64,000 bases of DNA from Phycisphaerae bacterium. Its GTDB lineage: Bacteria > Planctomycetota > Phycisphaerae > SM23-33. The position numbers and the translations under genes were made by a program. Positions within the stretch are counted from its first letter, which is position 1, and every line of letters starts with the position of its first letter. The DNA is taken from contig WRDM01000007.1 of NCBI GenBank assembly GCA_009783465.1, forward strand, positions 8,447 through 72,446, given 5' to 3'. A model generated the notes under the pieces. That model was not told the origin of the DNA. It made no database searches and was given only the letters and a program-made list of their open reading frames with translations. This document shows positions 7,402 to 17,130 of this stretch, piece after piece.

Positions 7402-8483
7402 AGCCTGACGACGAACTGACAAACCGCACGGTTTTCGACGATGTCCGGCGCATTCTCGCGGGGGCAAGGCGGCAGGCCTACGCGGCCGCCAATTTCGCTA
7501 TGGTCGAAGCGTACTGGCAAATCGGCCGACGGATTGTCGAGGAGGAACTCGCCGGTCAGCAACGGGCCGAGTATGGCCTATACCTGACCCGCGAATTGTC
7601 CCGCCGGCTTGGTGATGAGTTCGGCAAAGGGTTCTCCGTCGCTAACCTGTCGAATTTCAAGAAATTCTACCTCATGTTTCCCGATCGGGAGATTCGTTAC
7701 ACACTGTGTAACGAATTAACAGAACCAGCCCCGGAGGGCGAAGACGCTCAAAAACCCTACACACTGCGTAGGGAACTGAGCTGGTCGCATTATCGCCTGA
7801 TTATGCGCGTCGAAAGTCCAGCAGCGAGATCATTTTACGTTCGGGAGGCGGCCGAGCAGAACTGGAGCGTCCGGCAGCTGGAGCGGAGTATCAAAACGCT
7901 GGATTTTGAACGACGGCTGAACGCTCCGGGAAAGCGGGACATCGTGCCGACTGTTCCTGCTAAAATGGAACTTGGCGATTTCATCAAAGACCCTTACGTA
8001 TTGGAATTTCTGGACTTGCCCGAACCGTGGGACGGCCATGAAGGCACGCTGGAGACGGCGATTATTGAACGGGTGCAGCACTTTTTACTCGAGTTGGGTA
8101 AAGGATTTTCGTTCGTTGGCAGGCAATTTCGGATCAGTAGTGAAACCTCGCATTTTTACGTCGATCTCGTGTTCTACAACTACCTGCTTAAGTGCTTCGT
8201 GCTGATTGATTTGAAAACGTCGAAGTTGACGCATCAAGACATTGGCCAGATGGACATGTACGTCCGCATGTTCGACGACCTCAAGCGTGGCGAAGGGGAC
8301 AATCCGACGCTCGGCATCATTTTTTGCGCGGATAAAGACGATACGATCGTTCATTATTCGGTGATGAAGGACAGCCAGCAGCTTTTCGCGTCAAAATACC
8401 GTCTCATCCTGCCGAGCGAAGAAGAACTCCGCGACGAACTGGAACGGCGGCAAATTCTGCGGATCGACAGACCGAATCGGTGA
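7398..8483 (+). CDS. YhcG / DUF1016 PD-(D/E)XK nuclease family protein
   Basis: The N-terminal region reads AYWQIGRRIVEEE..QRAEYG...LS...GKGFS..NL..FK.FY. The C-terminal nuclease core reads FYVDLVFYNYLLKCFVLIDLKTSKLTHQDIGQMDMY. ATG 7398 overlaps the upstream stop (ATGA). Confidence 0.8.
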   Translation: MKPDDELTNRTVFDDVRRILAGARRQAYAAANFAMVEAYWQIGRRIVEEELAGQQRAEYGLYLTRELSRRLGDEFGKGFSVANLSNFKKFYLMFPDREIRYTLCNELTEPAPEGEDAQKPYTLRRELSWSHYRLIMRVESPAARSFYVREAAEQNWSVRQLERSIKTLDFERRLNAPGKRDIVPTVPAKMELGDFIKDPYVLEFLDLPEPWDGHEGTLETAIIERVQHFLLELGKGFSFVGRQFRISSETSHFYVDLVFYNYLLKCFVLIDLKTSKLTHQDIGQMDMYVRMFDDLKRGEGDNPTLGIIFCADKDDTIVHYSVMKDSQQLFASKYRLILPSEEELRDELERRQILRIDRPNR

Positions 8484-8521
8484 GGACTATGATCTAACGT
8501 AGTGTCGCCAAGACCATAACC

Positions 8522-9307
8522 ATGACCATCCACGAACCCATCATCCACGTGAAGCACCTGCACAAGGCGTTTGGCCGGCTGGTCGTGCTGGATGGCGTGA
8601 ATTTGGCCATTCGCCCAGGGCAGACCACGGTGATCATCGGGCCTTCCGGGTGCGGCAAGAGCGTGCTGCTGAAAAGCATCGTCGGCCTGGTCAGGCCCGA
8701 CCGAGGCCGCGTGATGTTCCAGGGCGTCAACCTCACGAAACTGTCGGAAAGAAAACTCGCCCGCATCCGCACGAAATTCGGCTTTCTGTTCCAGGGGGCG
8801 GCCTTGTTCGACTCCATGACCGTCGGCGAAAATGTCGCCTTTCCGCTGGAAGAGCACGAGGTCGGCACGTCGGGCGAACGGATCCGCCGCGTCGCCGACG
8901 TGCTGGGCATGGTCGGCCTCGACGGGCTACAGGACCGCTTTCCCGAGGAACTCTCGGGCGGGCAGAAAAAACGCGTCGCCCTCGCGCGGGCCATCGTCCT
9001 CAACCCCGAGGTCATCCTTTACGACGAGCCGACGACGGGGCTGGACCCCATCCGCTCGGACCTGATCAACGAACTCATCCGGCGGCTCCAACGCACGCTG
9101 AACGTCACGAGCATCGTCGTGACGCACGACATGGCCTCGGCGAGGCGAATCGCCGACCGCATCCTCATGCTCCACAAAGGGAAATTCATCGCCGACGCCG
9201 CGCCCGACCATCTGGATACCATCCAGAACGACACCGTCCGCCGATTCATCGAAGGCCGGGCCGACGAGGAAGAACTGAGCGAACTGTCGAGGGGGACTGT
9301 GCAATGA
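8522..9307 (+). CDS. ABC transporter ATP-binding protein, MlaF-like
   Basis: Walker A is GPSGCGKS, the signature is LSGGQKKRVALARA and Walker B is ILYDEPTTGLD. The FLFQGAALFDSMTV motif is typical of Mla/Ttg2A ATPases. Confidence 0.9.
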   Translation: MTIHEPIIHVKHLHKAFGRLVVLDGVNLAIRPGQTTVIIGPSGCGKSVLLKSIVGLVRPDRGRVMFQGVNLTKLSERKLARIRTKFGFLFQGAALFDSMTVGENVAFPLEEHEVGTSGERIRRVADVLGMVGLDGLQDRFPEELSGGQKKRVALARAIVLNPEVILYDEPTTGLDPIRSDLINELIRRLQRTLNVTSIVVTHDMASARRIADRILMLHKGKFIADAAPDHLDTIQNDTVRRFIEGRADEEELSELSRGTVQ

Positions 9308-9370
9308 ATTGTGCGAGAACCGGCATTCGAGATTCGACTTTTCGTTACCCGACGGTGAATGCGGACCGTT

Positions 9371-9636
9371 CGTTCGAGGGAGACCAGCCACCAGCCACAA
9401 GCCACAAGCGACAAGGGCTTGCGATGCACCATGCTGAAATGGCACCTCGCGATGGCGAGAGAGGTCCCGATGCTTCGCTGACTCGAACATCGGTGAATCA
9501 ACACGTCACCAACCGATCGCTGAGTCCGCGAAGCAGGGAGACCCCTCTCGCCCGCCAATGGTGGGAGTTTACCCAGACGTCTCGCAAGCCCTTGTCGCTT
9601 GTGGCTTGTGGCTGGTGGCCGGTCTCCTTCGAACAA
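9371..9636. repeat. A-family hairpin, copy 2
   Basis: The arms are GAGGGAGACCAGCCACCAGCCACAAGCCACAAGCGACAAGGGCTTGCG and CGCAAGCCCTTGTCGCTTGTGGCTTGTGGCTGGTGGCCGGTCTCCTTC. The interior is homologous to copy 1. Confidence 0.9.
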
Positions 9637-9676
9637 ACGGCCCGCATTCACCAATACGTACCGAGAGGAATCGTCT

Positions 9677-10744
9677 ATGAGCGCTTCATCGCGTAACATC
9701 GCCGTGGGATTGACGGTCATCGTGGGCCTGGTGCTGCTGGGCGCACTGGCGCTGGTGTTCACGGGCAGGCCCATGTGGAGCCAGAGCGGCTACGATCTTC
9801 GCGTCGTGCTCGACGACGCCGCCGGGCTTCGCGACGGCAGCGCGGTACAGCTCAACGGCATGGATATCGGCAAGGTGATCTCCGTGGATTTCCGCGACGG
9901 CGACGCCGCCAAAGGCCTGATCGCCCTCGCCCGCATCGACGCGGGGCGGCGAATCCCCGCCACCGCCCAGGCCGAGGCCACCCCACCGCCCATGGGCATG
10001 GGCAGTTCCGTGCTGCGGCTGAGTTCGCCGCTCGCGCCCCAAGGCGCCGAAGGAAAATTCCTGCCCATCGACAACTCCGCCCTCCTCGTCGGGCGATCCG
10101 GCGGATTGATGCGCCAAATGGAAACGCTCGCCGAAGGCATCGGGCAACTCATGCTCGCCCTCAACACCGGCGCGGGGCCCGACGGCCAAACCCTGCCCCC
10201 CGACAGCCCGGTGGCCCTGCTGACGGCCTCGCTGAAAAAAGTCAACCTCACCCTCGACGCGACCCTGACCCTCATCGGCGACCCGGACAACCAGCAGAAC
10301 GTGAACATCACGCTCGCCAACGCCCGCGAACTCTCCACGCAGGCCCTGGCAACGATGGACGACGTGAAGACGCTCATCGCGTCAGGCCGCGATCTGATGA
10401 CGTCAGGCCAAGGCCTCATCACCTCCGGCCAAGGTTTGATCACGCAGGCCGGCGAAACGATGACGGAAATCACGCACGCCACCACAAAGGCCAGCGCCTC
10501 CGTCGACCGCCTCACACAAAACCTCATCGACAACACCGAACAGCTCAGCCGCACCCTGACCACCCTCAACGCCGCCCTGATCAAACTCGAACAAGGCGAA
10601 GGCACCGCCGGCAAACTGCTCAACGACCCCCGCCTCTACGGCAACCTCGTCGACATCGCCGAACAAATGAACAGCGTCATGAAAGACCTCCAACTCCTCG
10701 TCCAGGAGTGGAAAGACCGCGGCGTGGGAATCCGGCTGAAGTGA
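9677..10744 (+). CDS. MCE/MlaD-family protein
   Basis: An N-terminal TM helix is followed by an MCE core (YDLRVVLDDAAGLRDGSAVQLNGMDIGKVISV) and a long helical, repeat-containing C-terminus. The start is moved to ATG 9677; the upstream part of the ORF is a repeat arm. Confidence 0.8.
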   Translation: MSASSRNIAVGLTVIVGLVLLGALALVFTGRPMWSQSGYDLRVVLDDAAGLRDGSAVQLNGMDIGKVISVDFRDGDAAKGLIALARIDAGRRIPATAQAEATPPPMGMGSSVLRLSSPLAPQGAEGKFLPIDNSALLVGRSGGLMRQMETLAEGIGQLMLALNTGAGPDGQTLPPDSPVALLTASLKKVNLTLDATLTLIGDPDNQQNVNITLANARELSTQALATMDDVKTLIASGRDLMTSGQGLITSGQGLITQAGETMTEITHATTKASASVDRLTQNLIDNTEQLSRTLTTLNAALIKLEQGEGTAGKLLNDPRLYGNLVDIAEQMNSVMKDLQLLVQEWKDRGVGIRLK

Positions 10745-10823
10745 GTCCATGGATGCCGGGATTTTGACGCAATCATCACGGTCCCTGTTGCCTTCGTCCC
10801 CGCGGGACGCTATTCTGGCCGCT

Positions 10824-11864
10824 ATGACACAATCACCTCCCCTCAATGTTGGCATGGTCGGTGTGGGCGGGTTCGGCGGCACGAGGCGTCGCGAGATGCG
10901 GCAGTCGGGCCTGTATCGCCTGGCCGCGTGCCATGATGTCAATCGCGAAAACGCCCTGCTCTGCCAGAAGGAAGACGGCGCCGCGATCGTCGAGAATTAT
11001 GAGCAGTTGCTGGACTTCCCCGGCCTGGAGGCGATCATCATCTCCACCGGCGCGAAGTTTCATGCCGAGCAGACGATCGCCGCCGCCCGGCGCGGGCTGC
11101 ACGTGTTCGTGGAGAAGCCGCTCTGTTCCACGCCGCAGGAAGTCACCGACATGATGCGGACCTGGCGGGAAACGGGCGTGGTGATCGGCGTGGGGCATGC
11201 TAACCATTCCGCCCTGGCCCACAGCCGGACCGTCAAGCGGATGCTTGACGACGGCACGATCGGCACGCCCGCGAGTTTCGAAGCCACCACCGCCCATTCC
11301 GGCGGGCTGATCATCAAGCCCGGCGACTGGCGGGGCGATCCCGAGAAGAATCCCGGCGGCATGCTCTTCCAGTGTGGCGTGCACCTGCTGCATGAGTTAA
11401 TGTATTATTTCGGCCCGGTATCGCGAGTGTTCGCGCAGATGCGGTACGACCTGCACACGACGCAGACAGCCGACATCGCCAACTGCATCGTCACGTTCGC
11501 GTCGGGCCTGACGGGGTCGCTCAACGCGTACCACGTCACGCCGTATCGACACACGTTGAACATTTTCGGCATGCGGACGAACTTGTACGTCAACTCGCAC
11601 GCGCCGGAGGGGCAGCGGCTGCTCATGCAGTCGTTGCCGCCACGGCTCGACGGCAGCGTCGAACCCGTCGTGCCCGTGCAGCTCGAAGCCGAAATGCCAC
11701 TGGGCAACCTGCGGAGTTTCCACCAGGCCGTGCGGAAAAAAACACTGCCCTACCCGTCGATCCTCGACGGCGCGCGGGCGGTCGGCGTGGTCTTCGCGGC
11801 CGAGGAATCCGCCAGACTCGGCAAACCCGTGGACGTGCCTCGGGAGTGGATGTATCAGGATTGA
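10824..11864 (+). CDS. Gfo/Idh/MocA-family oxidoreductase
   Basis: The Rossmann opening is NVGMVGVGGFGG and the family motif is VFVEKPL. Confidence 0.85.
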   Translation: MTQSPPLNVGMVGVGGFGGTRRREMRQSGLYRLAACHDVNRENALLCQKEDGAAIVENYEQLLDFPGLEAIIISTGAKFHAEQTIAAARRGLHVFVEKPLCSTPQEVTDMMRTWRETGVVIGVGHANHSALAHSRTVKRMLDDGTIGTPASFEATTAHSGGLIIKPGDWRGDPEKNPGGMLFQCGVHLLHELMYYFGPVSRVFAQMRYDLHTTQTADIANCIVTFASGLTGSLNAYHVTPYRHTLNIFGMRTNLYVNSHAPEGQRLLMQSLPPRLDGSVEPVVPVQLEAEMPLGNLRSFHQAVRKKTLPYPSILDGARAVGVVFAAEESARLGKPVDVPREWMYQD

Positions 11865-11920
11865 CAACGGCAGTGAGACGAATTGTCGCGGCGCGTGGGT
11901 AAACACGCGGCCGCTTGTTC

Positions 11921-12012
11921 GAGGGAACCGTTTCGTTAATTCGTTAACTCGTGAAGAAACGTCTTCGCCGAATCAACGATTTAACGAGTCAACGAGTTAA
12001 CGAATTAACGAT
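11921..12012. repeat. B-family hairpin (CGTTAAC/TCGTTAAT octad arms)
   Basis: GAGGGAACCGTTTCGTTAATTCGTTAACTCGTG...CGATTTAACGAGTCAACGAGTTAACGAATTAACG. Confidence 0.85.
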
Positions 12013-12024
12013 CACAGGTGCCAA

Positions 12025-13572
12025 ATGAAGCCACTCGTCATGTCGTTCATCGTCACACTGGGTCTTCTGGCCGGTTGCGCGTCGTCGCCGTCGTCGCCTG
12101 CGGTTGGGGCGGAGGCGGTGTATCGGACGTCGGTGTGGACGCTGGATGAGGTGCGGGCCTCGTTGCCGCACATTCAGAAATCCGCGACGGCGGCGGCGGA
12201 GTTTTACTGCAACGATCCCTCCGACGCGGGGCTGGCCATTGAAGGCGGCGACTGGTTCCGCGCGGAGTTGGATCACCGTAGCGGCGGGATCATGGCCGTC
12301 GTCGCGTGGTGGCCTCGCGAGAAATTCAACGGCGTCGTGCTGTACCATCTCCAGAGTCAGGCCCGGCTGGCGGACGACCTGAAAAACATCGCCTTTTATA
12401 ACGAACGCAACTGCCCGGTGTATCTGTTGGGCACAGCGGACCTGCTGGAGCAGGCCCGGCTGGGCGGGGCGAAGTTCGCGGACACGATCCCCGTTCCCGC
12501 CGCCACCGTCGAGGGCGTCTCGACGGTCGATTTGGCCACCGTGGCGGTCAGTTGGACGTGGGTATGCGAATTCGTGGCCGCCTGCACGCGACAGGGGAAG
12601 ATGCCCGTCATGTTCCAGTCCATCAAGTTCGTGCCCTCCGGCAAAGAGCGGATCGACAAGCACACACTCAATCCCATGATGGCGCAGCGGCGGTACACGA
12701 AATTTCACGACGATCTGGCCGTGTCGCCCATTCCGGCGGGGCAGCTCGGCAAGGAATGGCTGACGATGGCCCGCAAGCGGCTGGACACGCTGCGGGCTCG
12801 CGAGATGAAGAACATCCGCCAGGCAGCGAAATGGGCCGCCGACGCCAAGGCCTCCGGCGGGTCGGCCTACTTCTGGAGCACAACGCACGTGCTGGGGCCG
12901 ATCGGGCGATCCGTGAACAACCCGACGTCGCTGACCCCGCTGCCGCCCGTGCCGAAACCCGACACCCCGGCGGAAGAGCAGAATCCGCTCGGGCCTGGCG
13001 ACTTCGTCCTGGGCATCGGCTATGACGCGATCGTCGCCAACGAGCCGCCCAAGCTGGCCTGGCTGCGACAGTCCGGGGCGAAGGTCGCCCTGTCGGCGGC
13101 GAATTACAGGCCCGAAAACAACACGACCGCGCCGGGCGAACTGTTCATCGACCAGCACTGGCCACTCGGCGACGCCGACGTCATCGTCCCCGGCTACGAC
13201 GTGAACATCGCCCCCACCAGCGGCCTGCTGGCGGTGGAAATCTATCTGATGATTTCCGCGGAAATCAACGCGCTCGAAGCGGCCTCGACGAAAGCCGCCG
13301 CAAAAAAGGCCGCCAAAGAAGCCGCCGCCGTAACCAAGGCCGAAAAGAAGGCCGCCAAACAAATCGCCGCGAACGAGGCGGCGGCGAAGAAGGCCCACGC
13401 CAAGGCCGTCAAGGCCGAAGCCAAAGCCCAGAAGAAGGCCCAGAAGGAAGACGAACGCGAACTGGCCAGGTGTCTGGGAAAACGAAAACGGGATTACGTG
13501 ATCCCCATCATGCTCGTCACCGCCAAAGTCGCCCTGATCGCGACCAAAATCACGCTGCATTGCGTGAAATGA
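12025..13572 (+). CDS. lipoprotein, paralogue 1; the C-terminal half resembles the SIS_2/UPF0309 fold; carries an Ala/Lys-rich tail and a C-terminal TM helix
   Basis: The signal peptide has lipobox LLAGC. It is a paralogue of 13705..15009, sharing blocks such as WTW.CEFVAACTR.G.MPVMFQSI and GDADV.VPGYDV.IAPTSGL. It has an extra AKKAAKEAAA... low-complexity region followed by IPIMLVTAKVALIATKITL. Confidence 0.7.
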   Translation: MKPLVMSFIVTLGLLAGCASSPSSPAVGAEAVYRTSVWTLDEVRASLPHIQKSATAAAEFYCNDPSDAGLAIEGGDWFRAELDHRSGGIMAVVAWWPREKFNGVVLYHLQSQARLADDLKNIAFYNERNCPVYLLGTADLLEQARLGGAKFADTIPVPAATVEGVSTVDLATVAVSWTWVCEFVAACTRQGKMPVMFQSIKFVPSGKERIDKHTLNPMMAQRRYTKFHDDLAVSPIPAGQLGKEWLTMARKRLDTLRAREMKNIRQAAKWAADAKASGGSAYFWSTTHVLGPIGRSVNNPTSLTPLPPVPKPDTPAEEQNPLGPGDFVLGIGYDAIVANEPPKLAWLRQSGAKVALSAANYRPENNTTAPGELFIDQHWPLGDADVIVPGYDVNIAPTSGLLAVEIYLMISAEINALEAASTKAAAKKAAKEAAAVTKAEKKAAKQIAANEAAAKKAHAKAVKAEAKAQKKAQKEDERELARCLGKRKRDYVIPIMLVTAKVALIATKITLHCVK

Positions 13573-13704
13573 GCGACCGAAAATTTGCGTGATGATTTTT
13601 CGCGCGGCAGTGTATGATTCCCCTTGCGGAAGGCTCTGCCATATTTGGCAGTTCGTGGTTTCGTTTCCACGGAGACGAATCCGCCAACCATATAAAGGTG
13701 CCCT

Positions 13705-15009
13705 ATGACGTCTATGAAGCCTATGTTCGTGTTGTCGTTTGTCGTGTTGGGTTTGCTGTCGGGATGCGCGACGAATCCCGGCGGTGGGTCGTCGTGGTTT
13801 GAGCAGCCTGCCGTTGGGGCGGAGGCGTATTATCGCGAATCGCTTCGTGTGCTGGACGACGTGCGGCGGGATTTGCCGGCCATTCAACGGTCGGCGGAGA
13901 AGGCGGCAGCGATTTACTGTAGCACGTGGGAGGATTACGGCATCGCGTCGGAAGGCAGCGCGGTGTTTTACGGTGAGTTGGTCGGGCGAAGCGGCGGCGT
14001 GATGGCGATCGGGGCATGGTGGCCTCGTGAACGCGGTTTCCGCGGCGTGCTGTTGTACTGTCTGCGAGGCCCGGAGCTTTTCGCCGCCGACCTGGAAGAC
14101 ATCGCCTTTTTCCGCGGCCTGGGATGCAAGGTGTTCCTGTTCGGTCCGGCGGATTTGCTGGAGCGGGCCGCATTGTGCGGCGTGGAGGTCGAGGGCGCGC
14201 TGGCGATTCCGACCAACGACGTCGCGGGCGTTTCGATGTACGATTTCGCCAGCGTCGCGATCGGCTGGACGTGGACGTGCGAATTCGTGGCCGCCTGCAC
14301 GCGGCTGGGGCAGATGCCCGTGATGTTCCAGTCGATCATGGTGCCCACGGGCATGGATCGGATCCATCGTAACCAATTGGATCCGGCAACGTCGTTGCGG
14401 ATGTACAACAAATTCGAGCCGCAAACCGTGCCACCCATCGCCGCCGGCAAACTCGGCGCGGAATGGCTCGACATCGCGGGCCAGCGGCTCGCGACGATGT
14501 ACAAGAGCCAGACGAAGCCCATCCAACAGGCCGCCCAGGCCGCCGTCGACGCCCGCGCCAACGGCGGGGCCCTCTACCTCACCGGCTACACGCACGTGCT
14601 CGGGCACATTCCCACGTCGAAGTACAACCCGCCGCACTTCGCGCCGCTGCCCCGCATGCCCAAGCCCGACACAACGCCCGCCGAAGGCACGCCGATGCTG
14701 GGGCCGAAGGATTTCGTCCTGGGCATGGGCTACAACGATCTCGAATGGGATCTCGCCAAGGTGGACTACGTGCGACAGTCCGGCGCAAAGGTTGCCTGGT
14801 CCTCGACGACCTTCAAGCCCGACCGCGTGAAACCACGGGCGGGCGAACTGTTCATCGCCCAGCCGTGGGAATACGGCGACGCCGACGTGACCGTCCCCGG
14901 CTACGACGTGAAGATCGCCCCGACGAGCGGCTTGATCTCCGTGGAGATTTACGGCATGATCAACGCCGAAATCAACGCGATCACGCAGAAACAGGCGAGT
15001 GACCATTAG
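13705..15009 (+). CDS. lipoprotein, paralogue 2 (SIS_2/UPF0309-like C-terminal half)
   Basis: The lipobox is LLSGC. It is collinear with 12025..13572 over its whole length. It carries NGGALYLTGYTHVLGH and GDADVTVPGYDVKIAPTSGLISVEIYGMINAEI. Confidence 0.7.
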   Translation: MTSMKPMFVLSFVVLGLLSGCATNPGGGSSWFEQPAVGAEAYYRESLRVLDDVRRDLPAIQRSAEKAAAIYCSTWEDYGIASEGSAVFYGELVGRSGGVMAIGAWWPRERGFRGVLLYCLRGPELFAADLEDIAFFRGLGCKVFLFGPADLLERAALCGVEVEGALAIPTNDVAGVSMYDFASVAIGWTWTCEFVAACTRLGQMPVMFQSIMVPTGMDRIHRNQLDPATSLRMYNKFEPQTVPPIAAGKLGAEWLDIAGQRLATMYKSQTKPIQQAAQAAVDARANGGALYLTGYTHVLGHIPTSKYNPPHFAPLPRMPKPDTTPAEGTPMLGPKDFVLGMGYNDLEWDLAKVDYVRQSGAKVAWSSTTFKPDRVKPRAGELFIAQPWEYGDADVTVPGYDVKIAPTSGLISVEIYGMINAEINAITQKQASDH

Positions 15010-15027
15010 CTCTTTGGAGAGTGCTCC

Positions 15028-15537
15028 ATGTCGATACAGTTTCGATGCGATCACTGCGGCAAGCAGGTTGTCGCGCCGGATTCCGCCGGCGGGCAGCGCG
15101 GCAAGTGCCCGTATTGCAACGGCAGCAATTACATTCCCGCGCCGGTCGGCGACGACGAACTCGTTCCGCTGGCCCCGCTCGACGAAGGCGAAGAACGCCG
15201 CCGGCAAAAGGAAATCGACAGCCTCTTCCTCGCCGAGCGGGAAATCCTGGCCGAGTCCGGAGGCCCGCCGGCCGTCCCGCTGGAACAACGCGAAGACTTG
15301 CAGGTCGAGGACCTGCACCACTTCGTCGTGAATTACTGCCTCGACATGGGCAAAGGCAACCTCTCCCGCGCCCGCAGGCACGTCGAAAGCCTCCGCCAAT
15401 ACGGCACGATGGGCGCCGAAGCCGTCAACGACTACCTCACAGGCAAAACAAAAGAACCCGCCCTGAACACCCTGCCGCCGAAAGTGTTACAGGGATTCCT
15501 TACGCAGTTGCGCGGGGAATTGAAAAGCGGGTTTTAA
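15028..15537 (+). CDS. zinc-ribbon domain hypothetical protein
   Basis: MSIQFRCDHCGKQV...GKCPYCNG provides CxxC-N14-CxxC. It starts 19 nt after the upstream lipoprotein gene, so it is probably co-transcribed. Confidence 0.65.
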   Translation: MSIQFRCDHCGKQVVAPDSAGGQRGKCPYCNGSNYIPAPVGDDELVPLAPLDEGEERRRQKEIDSLFLAEREILAESGGPPAVPLEQREDLQVEDLHHFVVNYCLDMGKGNLSRARRHVESLRQYGTMGAEAVNDYLTGKTKEPALNTLPPKVLQGFLTQLRGELKSGF

Positions 15538-15548
15538 CGGACGAAAAA

Positions 15549-15738
15549 GCCAATAGCCAGTAGTCAATAGCCATCAGGTATAGCGAAGCGTGTCAGAAAT
15601 CAGAGATACTGACGGTGCACGAATGACCATTCACTCGACGAGTCAGCGAAGCCGCGAGACCACTCTCTCGAACGGGAGATGCGATTTTACACTCGCGCAT
15701 CGCAAACCCTGTTGGCTGGTGGCTTGTGGCTAGTGGCT
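15549..15738. repeat. A-family hairpin, copy 3 (degenerate left arm)
   Basis: The left arm is GCCAATAGCCAGTAGTCAATAGCCATCAGG and the right arm is CCTGTTGGCTGGTGGCTTGTGGCTAGTGGCT. The interior shares GAGTCAGCGAAGC..GAGACCACTCTCTCGAACG with copies 1-2. Confidence 0.8.
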
Positions 15739-15787
15739 ATAATCTCACGAAAACCGAAACCGTTTCCATAAACCAAAAGGAGAATCC

Positions 15788-17101
15788 ATGAGAGAAGCGT
15801 TCAAAGGCATCGGCAAGATCAAGTTCGAAGGAGCCAAGAGTTCGAATCCGCTGGCGTTTAAGCATTACAATCCCGACGAGTTGGTCGAAGGCAAGGCCAT
15901 GCGCGACCACCTGCGGTTCAGCGTGGCGTATTGGCACGCGTTCTGCGGCGGCGGATCGGACCAGTTTGGTTCCGCCACGCGGCAGAAGCCTTGGGACGAC
16001 GGCTCCAACAGCATCGAGAACGCCCAGAACCGCGTGCGCGTGGCGTTTGAGTTCATGGAAAAGCTCGGTGCGGAGTTCTACTGCTTCCACGACCGCGACG
16101 TGGCGCCCGAAGGCGACACGCTGGCGGAGAGCAATAAAAATCTCGACGCCGTCGTGAAGACCCTCAAGGAAGAACAGAAACGCACCGGCATCAAGCTGCT
16201 GTGGGGCACGGCCAATCTGTTCAGCCATCCGCGATACGCCAACGGCGCCGCCACCAGTCCCAACGCCGACGTCTTCGCCTACGCCGCCGCACAGGTCGCC
16301 AAGGCCATGGAAGTCACCAAGGAACTCGGCGGCCAGGGCTACACCTTCTGGGGAGGCCGCGAAGGATACAAAAGCCTCCTCAACACCGACATGAAACGCG
16401 AACTGGCCCATCTGGGCGCGTTCCTCAACATGGCCGTGGAGTATAAGAAAGAGATCAAATTCAAAGGCCAGTTCTACATCGAGCCCAAACCCAAAGAACC
16501 GACGAAGCATCAGTATGACTTCGACACGGGCACGGTGTACGGCTTCCTCAAGGCCAACGGGCTTGAGAACGATTTCAAAGTGAACCTCGAAGCCAACCAC
16601 GCCACCCTCGCCGGCCATACGTTCCAGCACGAACTGGAACTGGCCGCCGCGCTGGGCATCCTCGGCAGCGTGGACGCCAACCGCGGCGATCTGCTGCTGG
16701 GCTGGGATACCGACCAGTTCCCCACCGACCTCTACGACTGCACGATGGCGATGTACACGCTGCTCAACGCCGGCGGGTTCAAAACCGGAGGCCTGAACTT
16801 CGACGCGAAGGTCGCCCGCGAAAGCATCGAGCCGGTCGACCTCTTCCACGCCCACATCGGCGGGATGGACGCCTTCGCGCGAGGCCTGAAGGCCGCCGCG
16901 AAAATGCGGAAAGACGGCTGCTTCGCCAAGTTCGTCAAGGACCGCTACGCCAGCTTCGACGCAGGCCTGGGCAAGAAAATCGACAAGGGCAACACCAACT
17001 TCGGCGAGCTCCAGACGTACATCCTCGCCAAAGGCAACCCCGCCGCCAGCCCGTCCGCCCGCGTGGAGATGCTCGAAAACATACTCAACGAGTACATCTG
17101 A
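15788..17101 (+). CDS. xylA: xylose isomerase (class II)
   Basis: The whole 437 aa is collinear with XylA. Recognisable blocks are [45 protein letters not shown] and [17 protein letters not shown] precedes the ATG. Confidence 0.95.
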   Translation: MREAFKGIGKIKFEGAKSSNPLAFKHYNPDELVEGKAMRDHLRFSVAYWHAFCGGGSDQFGSATRQKPWDDGSNSIENAQNRVRVAFEFMEKLGAEFYCFHDRDVAPEGDTLAESNKNLDAVVKTLKEEQKRTGIKLLWGTANLFSHPRYANGAATSPNADVFAYAAAQVAKAMEVTKELGGQGYTFWGGREGYKSLLNTDMKRELAHLGAFLNMAVEYKKEIKFKGQFYIEPKPKEPTKHQYDFDTGTVYGFLKANGLENDFKVNLEANHATLAGHTFQHELELAAALGILGSVDANRGDLLLGWDTDQFPTDLYDCTMAMYTLLNAGGFKTGGLNFDAKVARESIEPVDLFHAHIGGMDAFARGLKAAAKMRKDGCFAKFVKDRYASFDAGLGKKIDKGNTNFGELQTYILAKGNPAASPSARVEMLENILNEYI

Positions 17102-17130
17102 TCCGTGCGAAAGTAACGAGTGACAATTAA

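Noticed and set aside
11989-15399. 1136-aa minus-strand ORF, the longest in the window
   Set aside because: It is antisense to the two lipoprotein genes and the zinc-ribbon gene. The translation is R/G/A/H-rich low complexity with no motifs. This is a typical shadow ORF of a GC-rich genome, and the plus-strand genes have signal peptides, paralogy and conserved blocks.
15836-15856. GAGTTCGAATCCGCTGG resembling a tRNA T-arm
   Set aside because: It lies inside the xylA coding sequence, and no acceptor or anticodon arms can be built around it. I recognised no tRNA, rRNA, tmRNA or RNase P anywhere in the window.
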